This document shows positions 47,607 through 56,318 of a DNA stretch of 64,000 nucleotides, one piece after another. Below the pieces are notes generated by a model. That model searched no databases. It had not been told where the DNA came from and saw only the letters and a program-made list of their open reading frames with translations. Location of the stretch: positions 78,112-142,111 of the forward strand of contig JAGWYT010000001.1 of the NCBI GenBank assembly GCA_018969185.1, given 5' to 3'. The DNA comes from Rickettsiales bacterium (GTDB lineage: Bacteria > Pseudomonadota > Alphaproteobacteria > Rickettsiales > UBA1997). Position numbers and translations under genes: made by a program. Within the stretch, counting starts at the first letter, position 1; the number at the start of each line of letters is the position of its first letter.

Positions 47607-48458
47607 ATGAAAGATGTTCGTTTAGATAAATTTCTATGTAAAAAATTTGATATTTCTTTTGCTTTGGCACAAAAATTAATTCGTGAAAAAAAAGTTAAAG
47701 TTAATAACACAAGAGTTGATGGGTCTTACAAAGTAAATGAATCAGACCATATTGAAGTTTTTTCTAATTTAGTAAAAAGAATAGAAAAACAAAAAACAAA
47801 ACCAAAAATTTCATTTGAAAAACAAAAGAATTTTTTCTCATCAATAATTTTTGAAGATGAGAATTTAGTGGCAATTAATAAGCCATCAGGTCTTGCCACG
47901 CAAGGTGGAAGTGGAATTGAAATTTCGGTTGATGATTTTATTTTAAGTAAAAAATGGCAATTGGTTCATAGGCTTGATAAAGATACTTCAGGAATTTTAT
48001 TGATTGCAAAAAATTCTAAAACAGCAGATTTTTTAACCGATGCTTTTAGAAATAAAACTATCAAGAAGACTTATTTGGCTCTTGTTTCTGGCATTGTAAA
48101 AAAACAATCGGGCGTGATTAATATTCCATTAAGAAAAGAATTTTTTGGCAAGAATGAAAAAGTTCGCCCCAATTTTGAAGAAGGAAAAGAAGCAATTACG
48201 GAATTTAAATTATTAAAAACTTTTGTTGATTATTCAGCTCTTGAGTTAAATCCAATTACGGGCAGAACACATCAATTGCGTGTTCACACTAAAGAAATTG
48301 GGCATCCAATTTTAAATGATGTGAAATATGGTGGTAAAGAAGTTTTACGAAAAGACATTTGCAAAAGATTATGTTTGCACGCTTATAAAATTGAGCTTCA
48401 AGATTATTTTGGCAAGAGGCTTGAGATTAAGACAGAACTGCCGGAGTTTGTAAAATAA
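47607..48458 (+). CDS. RluA-family (RluC/D-like) 23S rRNA pseudouridine synthase
   Basis: 283-aa ORF with an S4-like N-terminus, the catalytic motif HRLDKDTSGILLIAK and GRTHQLRVH. Confidence 0.85.
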   Translation: MKDVRLDKFLCKKFDISFALAQKLIREKKVKVNNTRVDGSYKVNESDHIEVFSNLVKRIEKQKTKPKISFEKQKNFFSSIIFEDENLVAINKPSGLATQGGSGIEISVDDFILSKKWQLVHRLDKDTSGILLIAKNSKTADFLTDAFRNKTIKKTYLALVSGIVKKQSGVINIPLRKEFFGKNEKVRPNFEEGKEAITEFKLLKTFVDYSALELNPITGRTHQLRVHTKEIGHPILNDVKYGGKEVLRKDICKRLCLHAYKIELQDYFGKRLEIKTELPEFVK

Positions 48459-48478
48459 GAATTTTAGATTCGTATATT

Positions 48479-49324
48479 ATGAAAGAATTAACAGCATTAT
48501 CAGAAGTAGAAATAGGAAAGTTGTCAAATCAAGAGTTATGTGATCGAATGGATGCTATTCTTTATAGGATTTTGTGTGAATCTTATTCTAATCAAAGTGC
48601 TGTTGAAAGTTTTTCAAGGCAAAACATGAAAGATTTTTTTAATAGTAAAGAAATTCAACTATTACCAGAAAAGCATCAACGTAATGCACTAAAAAAATGT
48701 TTTGAGTATCTAGTTCAACTTGAATATGAAGCGAGAATAGGGGGGTGGGTTAATCAAGAGATTTATAATGCAAATTATAACGAAAACACTTCATGGTTAA
48801 ATACAAAAACTCATATTATTAATTGCACTGCAAATCAGATAAAAATTACATCTAGTTCAATTGCATGGGAAAAAATGAGAGATCTTCTATATAGCATAGA
48901 AAATTGAAGGAATGTTCCTGGTGGAAAAGATAGAACAAAAAATTTTAGAGAATGGATTTTACAACCACGTAATAAATTTGTTTTTTTTGCTCCAAATTTA
49001 GAACATGTGGAAAAATTCAAAAAATATTTTAGAACTCCAGAAGTTCATGGAAATTCTGAATTACCAGATAGATTATTGAGACTAGAAAAACCATCACATG
49101 AAGAAAATAACCAACCATTACGTCTTATTAATATACTTTCTGCGATGTGGAATCCTTTGTTAGAGATATTAAACGACATGAAGCCATCGACTACTGCTGG
49201 TTCTGGTACCAGTCCAGAATTTGGTTTAGAGTGGTTAAAAGCTATTCAAGAAAATAATTTAGAAGTAATTAATAAGGAACTTGATCGGATCAAGCAGGTT
49301 ATGATCGGTAAAAGTAATAATTAG
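48479..49324 (+). pseudogene. orphan ~281-codon reading frame split by a single in-frame TGA
   Basis: Track ORFs 48479-48907 and 49007-49324 are in the same frame. My reading shows the only stop between them is the TGA at 48905-48907 (...LLYSIEN, stop, RNVPGGKDRTKNFREWILQPRNKFVFFAPNLEHVEKFKKYF...). I recognise no family. Confidence 0.45.
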
Positions 49325-49351
49325 GTAATTCACATTTATTGGTTTTTTTAG

Positions 49352-49437
49352 CTTCTCGCGCCTTGAGCTTATCGAAACAAAGAAAAGCTAAATATAAATC
49401 TTATTCTTGGTTTCGACAAGCTCAACCAGCGAATAAG
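49352..49437. repeat. PE-C palindromic element, copy 3 (left arm degenerate)
   Basis: CTTCTCGCGCCTTGAGCTTATCGAAACAAAGAAAAG...CTTATTCTTGGTTTCGACAAGCTCAACCAGCGAATAAG. Confidence 0.75.
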
Positions 49438-49453
49438 ATTTATATTACCCATA

Positions 49454-49500
49454 TTGACATTTGTCAAAAAAATGACATATTATTAAAAAATGACATTTTT
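49454..49500 (+). promoter_or_regulatory. candidate vapBC promoter/operator
   Basis: The palindrome TTGACATTTGTCAA carries a consensus -35 (TTGACA, 49454-49459). TATTAT lies 18 nt downstream. Two further AATGACAT repeats start at 49471 and 49489, just upstream of vapB. Confidence 0.4.
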
Positions 49501-49517
49501 ATTAAAATAAACTTAAG

Positions 49518-49766
49518 TTGAATATGTTGAGTGATTGCAATGTAACAGTTAGTGATAATGGTAGAATTGTTTTGCCGGTTATATTTAGAAAACAGCTGAA
49601 TATAAAGCCTGGGGATGAACTTGTTTTAAGTATTTCATCTGAAAATGATATAATAATACATAGTCCTAAACAATCTTTACAAAAGCTTCAGAATCTTGCT
49701 TCCAAGAAGGGTAAAAAGAACTTGGTTAATGCGGTAATTGATATGCGACGTAAAGAAAAACTGTAA
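49518..49766 (+). CDS. vapB: AbrB/SpoVT-type antitoxin (VapB-like)
   Basis: 82-aa ORF with VTVSDNGRIVLPVIFRKQLNIKPGDELVL, a swapped-hairpin beta-barrel motif. The start is either TTG at 49518 or ATG at 49524. Confidence 0.7.
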   Translation: MNMLSDCNVTVSDNGRIVLPVIFRKQLNIKPGDELVLSISSENDIIIHSPKQSLQKLQNLASKKGKKNLVNAVIDMRRKEKL

Positions 49767-49780
49767 TAAATATTTTTTAT

Positions 49781-50179
49781 ATGCACCACAAAATTGTAGT
49801 TGATACTTCGGCGATAATAGCGTTAATCAACAAAGAAGAGGGTTTTGAAGCTGTAGAAAAGGTTATTGATAGGGCCATCATTTCAAGTGTAAATTTTTCT
49901 GAAATCATTACAGTATTAAATAGAGAATTGTTTAAAACTAAGAAGGAGAGAGAAGAGGGGTTACAACTAATCAAAAATACTTTTTCACATATTATAGAAT
50001 TTGATGATAAGCAGGCTGTGATTGCGGCTTCAATTGATTCTATTACTAAGAAATATGGTTTGTCCCTTGGAGACAGGGCATGTTTAGCTCTTGCAAAACA
50101 TTACAAACTTCCAGTATTAACAGCAGATAAGGTTTGGAAGAAGTTGGATTTAGGAGTTAAGATTGATCTAGTTAGATAG
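49781..50179 (+). CDS. vapC: PIN-domain toxin VapC
   Basis: 132-aa ORF with VVDTSAIIAL (first acidic residue), downstream conserved acidic positions and LGDRACLALA. Confidence 0.8.
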   Translation: MHHKIVVDTSAIIALINKEEGFEAVEKVIDRAIISSVNFSEIITVLNRELFKTKKEREEGLQLIKNTFSHIIEFDDKQAVIAASIDSITKKYGLSLGDRACLALAKHYKLPVLTADKVWKKLDLGVKIDLVR

Positions 50180-50197
50180 CACTAATATTTTAAATTT

Positions 50198-51244
50198 TTA
50201 AATCTCGCCAGCTTTAAATCCATAATGTTGTAAGAATCTCAGATCATTTTCAAAAAACATTCTTAAATCATTAATGCCATATTTTAACATGGCAAGACGT
50301 TCAACTCCAATTCCGAAAGCAAAGCCTTGATATTTGCTTGGATCAATATTGCAGTTTTTTAGAACGTTGTGGTGAATCATGCCGCAGCCTAAAATCTCCA
50401 TAAACTTCTCATTACTACCAATCTTGATGCGACCTTCCTTTGAAGAATAACCAATATCAACTTCGGCTGAAGGTTCAGTGAAAGGGAAGAAGCTTGGACG
50501 GAAACGCAATTCCAAATTTTCTACTTCAAAAAATGCTTTTAGAAATTTTTCTAAAACCCATTTCAAATTTCCCATATTGATATTTTCATCAACCATAAAT
50601 CCTTCAACTTGATGAAACATTGGAGTGTGAGTTTGATCAGAATCACGTCTGAAAACTCTGCCCAAAGCAGCGATTTTCAAAGGTGGTTTTGAATTTAACA
50701 TTTTTCGAATTTGTGTGTTTGAAGTGTGAGTGCGTAAAAGCAAATCAGAATTTTGTAAATAAAAAGTGTCTTGCATTTGGCGTGCTGGATGATCGGCCGG
50801 CATATTTAACGCGGTGAAGTTGTGGAAATCATCTTCAATTTCAGGGCCTTCTGCAAATTCAAAACCAAGAGTTGCAAAAATTTCTTCAATTTCAGCAACA
50901 ACCTTGCTAATTGGGTGAATCAAGCCTTGCGCTTCTTTTCTCGGATTTAGTGAAACGTCAATTTTTTCGCTGATTAATTTTTGTTCAAGATCAGCATTTT
51001 CAAATTGTTCTTTTTTGAATTCTATTTTTTGTGTAACTTCGTCGCGTAGCTTATTTACTTCAGCGCCAAAGGCTTTTATTTCTTCAGCAGCAATATTTTT
51101 TAATTGTGAAAAAAGTTCATTTACTGAGCCTTTTTTTCCCAAAAAATGAACACGAATTTCTTCAAGCTGTTCTTTATTTTGAACTGATGAAATTTTAGAA
51201 TTGAAATCGGATAATATATTTTTTGAACTAAGCACTGTTGGCAA
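50198..51244 (-). CDS. pheS: phenylalanyl-tRNA synthetase alpha subunit
   Basis: 348-aa ORF with a TTG start, HPARQMQDTFY, FRPSFFPFTEPS and GFAFGIGVERLAM. pheT is not adjacent. Confidence 0.9.
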   Translation of the reverse strand: MPTVLSSKNILSDFNSKISSVQNKEQLEEIRVHFLGKKGSVNELFSQLKNIAAEEIKAFGAEVNKLRDEVTQKIEFKKEQFENADLEQKLISEKIDVSLNPRKEAQGLIHPISKVVAEIEEIFATLGFEFAEGPEIEDDFHNFTALNMPADHPARQMQDTFYLQNSDLLLRTHTSNTQIRKMLNSKPPLKIAALGRVFRRDSDQTHTPMFHQVEGFMVDENINMGNLKWVLEKFLKAFFEVENLELRFRPSFFPFTEPSAEVDIGYSSKEGRIKIGSNEKFMEILGCGMIHHNVLKNCNIDPSKYQGFAFGIGVERLAMLKYGINDLRMFFENDLRFLQHYGFKAGEI

Positions 51245-51323
51245 ATATTAATTAATATGGCACTGTTAACCTTTACTAATAAGGCAGGGCGCAAATAGAG
51301 TTAAAAACAGTATTGCTAATGCC

Positions 51324-52232
51324 TTATGATGCAACAGAAATTCCCCATTTCTGACCTAGATATTTTTCAATTGCTTTTCTTTCTTCTGTTTTTAGAAAAC
51401 GACTATATAAAATAATTTCACCTATATAGCCATCATAAGGCCAAAATGTTGGAGAGTCGCTACTGCCAGTAAGATTTGATCCAATCCCAATTCTGAAATC
51501 AGGAGTTGTAGAAACTGTGTATGGCTTTGTTTCTGGGCTACCTGAAACCGCAGTGCCGCCATCATAAAATGCCATAGCTGTTCCGTCATAACTTCCAGTT
51601 AAAATATCTGGAGAATCGAGTATGATATTGCTGTATATTGGATTTAACCCATAGCTTGTACCACCATGAATCCATAGTTGGTAAGTTCTATTATAGGCAT
51701 ATAAAGTATAGCCTGAAAGACTAGAGCCAGAGTTACTTCGGGCACTAAAAATTGCGCCATAAGATACTACAGATCTGGTAGCAACAACTACAAAAACTGT
51801 TAATTGACTTGGATGAAAAGTAGGGTTATAAGGAACTGCTAAATATGTTCCAGTATTATCGTCGGTACGTCTAAATATAAGAGCTGGCAAGCCATTAATC
51901 CCTTGTTCTTTGTAAATTGGCTTATAAGAAGAATATTGCGAGGCAACAAATTTATTGGGTAATTGTGGGTTAATGCTGTACCAAGAGCTAATAGTATTTC
52001 CATCGTTAGTTTCAGCATCAATAAAACTTGTTTCTGCAGTTGTATCAAACCACAGCGCAAGATCTTTAATTCCGGCTACTGGTGAGCTTTTAGTTAATGT
52101 GCGGGCTGAAACTAATTTTGATTTGCTAAATAATTTTTGCCCTTGAGAGATGGCGGCAATTAAAATTCCTACTACTAAAACAACTAAGGAAAGCTCAATT
52201 AAAGAGAATGCTTTATGATCCTTTTTATGCAT
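51324..52232 (-). CDS. prepilin-signal / LamG-like protein, paralog 2 (intact)
   Basis: 302-aa ORF with a class III signal MHKKDHKAFSLIELSLVVLVVGILIA (Glu at +5). The beta-rich body ends YDGYIGEIILYSRFLKTEERKAIEKYLGQKWGI, a LamG-like jellyroll C-terminal pattern. Confidence 0.7.
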   Translation of the reverse strand: MHKKDHKAFSLIELSLVVLVVGILIAAISQGQKLFSKSKLVSARTLTKSSPVAGIKDLALWFDTTAETSFIDAETNDGNTISSWYSINPQLPNKFVASQYSSYKPIYKEQGINGLPALIFRRTDDNTGTYLAVPYNPTFHPSQLTVFVVVATRSVVSYGAIFSARSNSGSSLSGYTLYAYNRTYQLWIHGGTSYGLNPIYSNIILDSPDILTGSYDGTAMAFYDGGTAVSGSPETKPYTVSTTPDFRIGIGSNLTGSSDSPTFWPYDGYIGEIILYSRFLKTEERKAIEKYLGQKWGISVAS

Positions 52233-52289
52233 AGTAATAAATAAATCTTAAGTGTTGTTAAATAAAAAGTAGGATATCAGACTATAAGA

Positions 52290-53093
52290 ATGCTTTATGA
52301 TTTTAAAATTTATATGAATCAAAAATTAAAGATCAATTGGTTTGGTGCTTTCACTCTTTTAAAGAAAGAAGTTTGGCGTTTTTTAAAAGTTTATCATCAA
52401 ACTCTTTTTTCGCCTGTCGTAAATATCATTTTATTTTTGGCGGTATTTTCCTTGTCGGTTGGAAATCACATTAATGAAGTTGAGGGCGTGCCTTTTGCTG
52501 TCTTTATGTCGGCGGGTTTAATTATGATGGCGGCAATGCAAAATGCTTTTGCTAATTCTTCTTCATCTTTTGTGATGGGAAAAGTCATGGGGCATATTGT
52601 TGATTATTTAATTCCACCTCTTGGTGCCTTTGAATTATTATTTGCTTTTACTGTTGGTGCAATTTTACGCGGTATTGCTGTTGGAATTGTGGCATTTATT
52701 GCTATTTCATTTTTTGTTTCACTTCCTTGCTACAGCTTTCTTCATTTATTATTTTACATAGTTTTCGCCTGCATCTTTCTTGCGTTGCTTGGAGTTTTAT
52801 GTGGTGTTGTATCATCAACTTTTGATCATATGTCTGCAATGACAAGTTATGTTATCACGCCGCTTACTTTCTTATCAGGAACTTTCTATTCAACAAATTC
52901 ACTACCAGAGTTTTGGAAAAATATAGCGCATTTTAATCCATTTTTTTACATGATTGATGGCTTTAGATATGCAATTACAGGGCATAATGATGGTGATTTG
53001 ACAATTGGTATGATTTATATCCTTACAATCAACTTAGTTCTTGCAATTATTATTTATAAAATGATAAAAAAAGGTTATCGAATTAAATCGTAA
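52290..53093 (+). CDS. ABC-2 type transporter permease
   Basis: 267-aa ORF with six TM segments, laid out like YadH/ABC-2 permeases. No ATPase gene is adjacent. Confidence 0.65.
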   Translation: MLYDFKIYMNQKLKINWFGAFTLLKKEVWRFLKVYHQTLFSPVVNIILFLAVFSLSVGNHINEVEGVPFAVFMSAGLIMMAAMQNAFANSSSSFVMGKVMGHIVDYLIPPLGAFELLFAFTVGAILRGIAVGIVAFIAISFFVSLPCYSFLHLLFYIVFACIFLALLGVLCGVVSSTFDHMSAMTSYVITPLTFLSGTFYSTNSLPEFWKNIAHFNPFFYMIDGFRYAITGHNDGDLTIGMIYILTINLVLAIIIYKMIKKGYRIKS

Positions 53094-53137
53094 AATTAAA
53101 TAAAAGTAATTGTGCACCTAATATGACTGGTGAATTG

Positions 53138-53224
53138 TCTTTTTTCTGGTTGAGCTTGTCGAAACCAAGAAAAGACAAAAATGAACTTATCCTTGGTTTG
53201 TCACAAGCTCAACCAGTGGATAAA
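53138..53224. repeat. PE-C palindromic element, copy 4
   Basis: TCTTTTTTCTGGTTGAGCTTGTCGAAACCAAGAAAAGA...CTTATCCTTGGTTTGTCACAAGCTCAACCAGTGGATAA. Confidence 0.85.
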
Positions 53225-53278
53225 TTCATTTTTACAGTTATGTGGAGTGCAATTTTTTAACAACACACCACAATCACC

Positions 53279-54427
53279 ATGAAAATCACATCTACAAAAA
53301 ATATCACAAGACAAGAAAAGCTAAATTGGATTAGGCTGACAAGAAGCGAGAATATTGGTAGGTCAACATTCTTTCGTTTACTGGAATTATTTGGTTCAAG
53401 TGCTGCTGCTCTTGAAAGGCTTTCCGATCAAGCTTTTCAAGGTGGGTTAGGACGACCAATCAAGGTATGTTCTGAAATTGATGCTGAAAATGAACTTAAG
53501 AAAACTGAAAATTTTGCGGCAGAAATTGTTCTTTTTTGTGACGACAAATATCCAAGGTTACTTCGTGAAATAGATGATCCGCCGCCAATTCTTACTATAA
53601 AAGGAAAAAAAGAATTTCTTAATCAATATTCTGTTGCGGTTGTTGGACCGCGTAATGCCTCATTTAATGGCATTGCATTTGCTCGTAAAATTGCTAAAGA
53701 TTTGGGTGATAATTCTCTTCTTGTTATTTCTGGTCTTGCCAAAGGTATTGATGCTGCTGCTCATAGCGCAGCTCTTGATAGTGGAACAATTGGAGTAATT
53801 GCTGGAGGAATTGATCATATTTATCCAAGCGAAAATGCTGATCTTTATCAAGAAATTTATAAGCGTGGTTTAATCATATCAGAAACGCCATTTGGCGTGC
53901 CACCAAAGGGTGGAAACTTCATTCAAAGAAATCGTATAATTTCGGGCATGTCGCTTGGTGTCATTGTGGTTGAAGCTGGGCTTCGATCGGGAAGTTTAAC
54001 AACTGCAAGATTTGCGGCAGAACAGAGTAGAGAAGTTTTTTCTGTTCCCGGTTCACCTTTTGATCCGCGTTGCCATGGCACTAATCGCTTAATTAAGGAA
54101 GGTGCAAGATTAACTGAAACTATAGATGATATTTTAGGAGAAATAGTAACTATGAAAATTTTATTTGAGAAAGTTGGAACATTTGAAGAATCAGAAGCTG
54201 AAGATTTTATTATATCTACAGCTAAAACTCCAAGTGATGAGGATGTAAAAAAAGTGCGCGAAGAAATTGCAGCGAAATTAAGTTTCGTGCCAATTTCAAT
54301 TGAGGAAATAATTCAAGAATTACAAGTGCCGCCAAGGGTTGCAAATATTGCAGTGGTGCAGCTTGAACTTGCTGATAAAGTTGAAGTAAGGTTTGGGAAA
54401 GTATCTTTGAAGAAGGTTGGTTATTGA
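53279..54427 (+). CDS. dprA: DNA processing protein DprA (Smf)
   Basis: 382-aa ORF with VVGPRNAS, GLAKGIDAAAH and SGSLTTARFAAEQSREVFSVPG. Confidence 0.9.
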   Translation: MKITSTKNITRQEKLNWIRLTRSENIGRSTFFRLLELFGSSAAALERLSDQAFQGGLGRPIKVCSEIDAENELKKTENFAAEIVLFCDDKYPRLLREIDDPPPILTIKGKKEFLNQYSVAVVGPRNASFNGIAFARKIAKDLGDNSLLVISGLAKGIDAAAHSAALDSGTIGVIAGGIDHIYPSENADLYQEIYKRGLIISETPFGVPPKGGNFIQRNRIISGMSLGVIVVEAGLRSGSLTTARFAAEQSREVFSVPGSPFDPRCHGTNRLIKEGARLTETIDDILGEIVTMKILFEKVGTFEESEAEDFIISTAKTPSDEDVKKVREEIAAKLSFVPISIEEIIQELQVPPRVANIAVVQLELADKVEVRFGKVSLKKVGY

Positions 54428-54572
54428 GCGTTTTTCAATGAATATTTGGAATGGGTTAAGAGAGGCAGCCCAGCAAGGTGTTTATGAAAAAGGTAAGGTT
54501 AGAATTGCGTAAATATTTTTTAGGTGATTAAATTGTTCCAATAAATTTATACCAACATTTATCTTTTAAAAA

Positions 54573-56318
54573 ATGCCTAAATTTGATAAATCAAAATTAC
54601 CTTCACGTTATGTAACGAATTCTCATGGTTGCGAAGGGCGTAAAACCATGCTTTACAACATTAAAACTGATTTATATCCGCAAGGTTTGAATGATGCAGA
54701 TTTAGCTTCACCATTTGTTGGTGTGGTAAGTGCGTGGAATGAAGCCGCTCCTTGTAATATTGCTTTGCAGCGTCAGGCGCAACCTGCAAAAAAAGGCGTG
54801 AAAGATTTTGGTGGAACGCCTCGTGAATTTACAACAATCACAGTTACTGACGGCATTGCTAATGGTCATCAAGGTATGAAATCGTCTTTGGTTTCTCGTG
54901 AAGTGATTGCTGATTCAATTGAAGTTACAGTGCGTGGACATTGCTATGATGCTTTGGTTGGAATTGCTGGTTGTGACAAATCATTACCTGGTATGATGAT
55001 GGCGATGTGCCGTTTAAATGTGCCTTCGGTTTTCATGTATGGTGGTTCAATTCTACCAGGAAAATTCAAAGGTAAAGATGTGACAATTGTTGATGTGTTT
55101 GAAGCAGTGGGTCAGAGAGATGCTGGAAAAATGACTGAAGAAGATTTGCAAATTTTAACTAAAGCGGCTTGCCCTTCGGCTGGCGCCTGTGGTGGACAAT
55201 TTACGGCGAACACTATGGCTTGTGTAAGTGAGGCAATTGGTCTTGCACTTCCTGGATCGTCTGGTGCTCCAGCGCCTTATGAATCAAGAGATGAATATGC
55301 TTATGCTTCAGGAAAAGCAGTGATGAATTTAATCGAAAAAAACATTAAAGCGCGTGATATTGTTACAAGAAAATCTTTAGAAAATGCAGCGGCAATTGTT
55401 GCAGCAACTGGTGGCTCAACTAATGCGGTTCTTCATTTACCAGCAATAGCTAGTGAATGTGGAATTGATTTTGACGCTTTTGATATTGGTGAAATTTTTA
55501 AGCGCACGCCTTATATTGCTGACATGAAACCGGGTGGAAAATATGTGGCGAAAGATTTATATGAAGCGGGTGGTGTGCAAATGATTTTAAAAGTTCTTTT
55601 AGATGCTGGCTATATTCACGGTGATTGCTTGACTGTTACTGGAAAAACAATGGCAGAAAATCTTGCCGATGTGAAATTTAATGAAAAGCAAGATGTAGTT
55701 TACAAACCTGAGAAGCCTTTATCTAAAAGTGGTGGTGTGGTTGTGTTGAAGGGTAACTTGGCTATTGAAGGAGCGGTGGTTAAAATTGCTGGAATGCAAA
55801 ATGAGAATCTAAAGTTTGTTGGAAGCGCTCTTTGTTTTGATTCTGAAGAAGCTTGTTTCAAAGCTGTTGAAAGAAAGCAATATAAAGAGGGTGATGTGTT
55901 TGTAATTCGCTATGAAGGACCAAAAGGGGGGCCAGGAATGCGTGAAATGCTTGCAACAACTGCGGCAATTTATGGACAAGGTATGGGTAATAAAGTTGCG
56001 CTAATTACTGATGGTAGATTTTCTGGTGGAACAAGAGGTTTTTGTGTTGGTCACGTTGCACCGGAAGCAGCAGCTGGAGGCATGATAGCACTTTTAAAAA
56101 ATGGTGATAAAATTACAATTGATGCAATTAATGGCGCAATTGATGTTGATTTAAGTGAGGCTGAAATTGCTAAACGTAAGTCTGAGTGGCAAGCGCGTGA
56201 GAATGATTATAGATCAGGAACATTGTGGAAATATGCTAAAACAGTTGGTTCAGCAAGGTTTGGTGCGGTGACTCATCCGGGAGCTAAGGCGGAAAAAATT
56301 TCTTATGATAAAATATAA
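54573..56318 (+). CDS. ilvD: dihydroxy-acid dehydratase
   Basis: 581-aa ORF with [28 protein letters not shown] and [13 protein letters not shown]. Confidence 0.9.
   Translation: MPKFDKSKLPSRYVTNSHGCEGRKTMLYNIKTDLYPQGLNDADLASPFVGVVSAWNEAAPCNIALQRQAQPAKKGVKDFGGTPREFTTITVTDGIANGHQGMKSSLVSREVIADSIEVTVRGHCYDALVGIAGCDKSLPGMMMAMCRLNVPSVFMYGGSILPGKFKGKDVTIVDVFEAVGQRDAGKMTEEDLQILTKAACPSAGACGGQFTANTMACVSEAIGLALPGSSGAPAPYESRDEYAYASGKAVMNLIEKNIKARDIVTRKSLENAAAIVAATGGSTNAVLHLPAIASECGIDFDAFDIGEIFKRTPYIADMKPGGKYVAKDLYEAGGVQMILKVLLDAGYIHGDCLTVTGKTMAENLADVKFNEKQDVVYKPEKPLSKSGGVVVLKGNLAIEGAVVKIAGMQNENLKFVGSALCFDSEEACFKAVERKQYKEGDVFVIRYEGPKGGPGMREMLATTAAIYGQGMGNKVALITDGRFSGGTRGFCVGHVAPEAAAGGMIALLKNGDKITIDAINGAIDVDLSEAEIAKRKSEWQARENDYRSGTLWKYAKTVGSARFGAVTHPGAKAEKISYDKI

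Noticed and set aside
49339-49521. 60-aa ORF MVFLASRALSLSKQRKAKYKSYSWFRQAQPANK...
   Set aside because: It is simply a translation of PE-C copy 3 plus the vapBC promoter region. Other PE-C copies are not in conserved frames.
54428-54572. Possible small ORF or leader (MNIWNGLREAAQQGVYEKGKVRIA) upstream of ilvD.
   Set aside because: It has no RBS, no branched-chain amino-acid codon run as in attenuator peptides and no terminator/antiterminator hairpins. It is probably noise.
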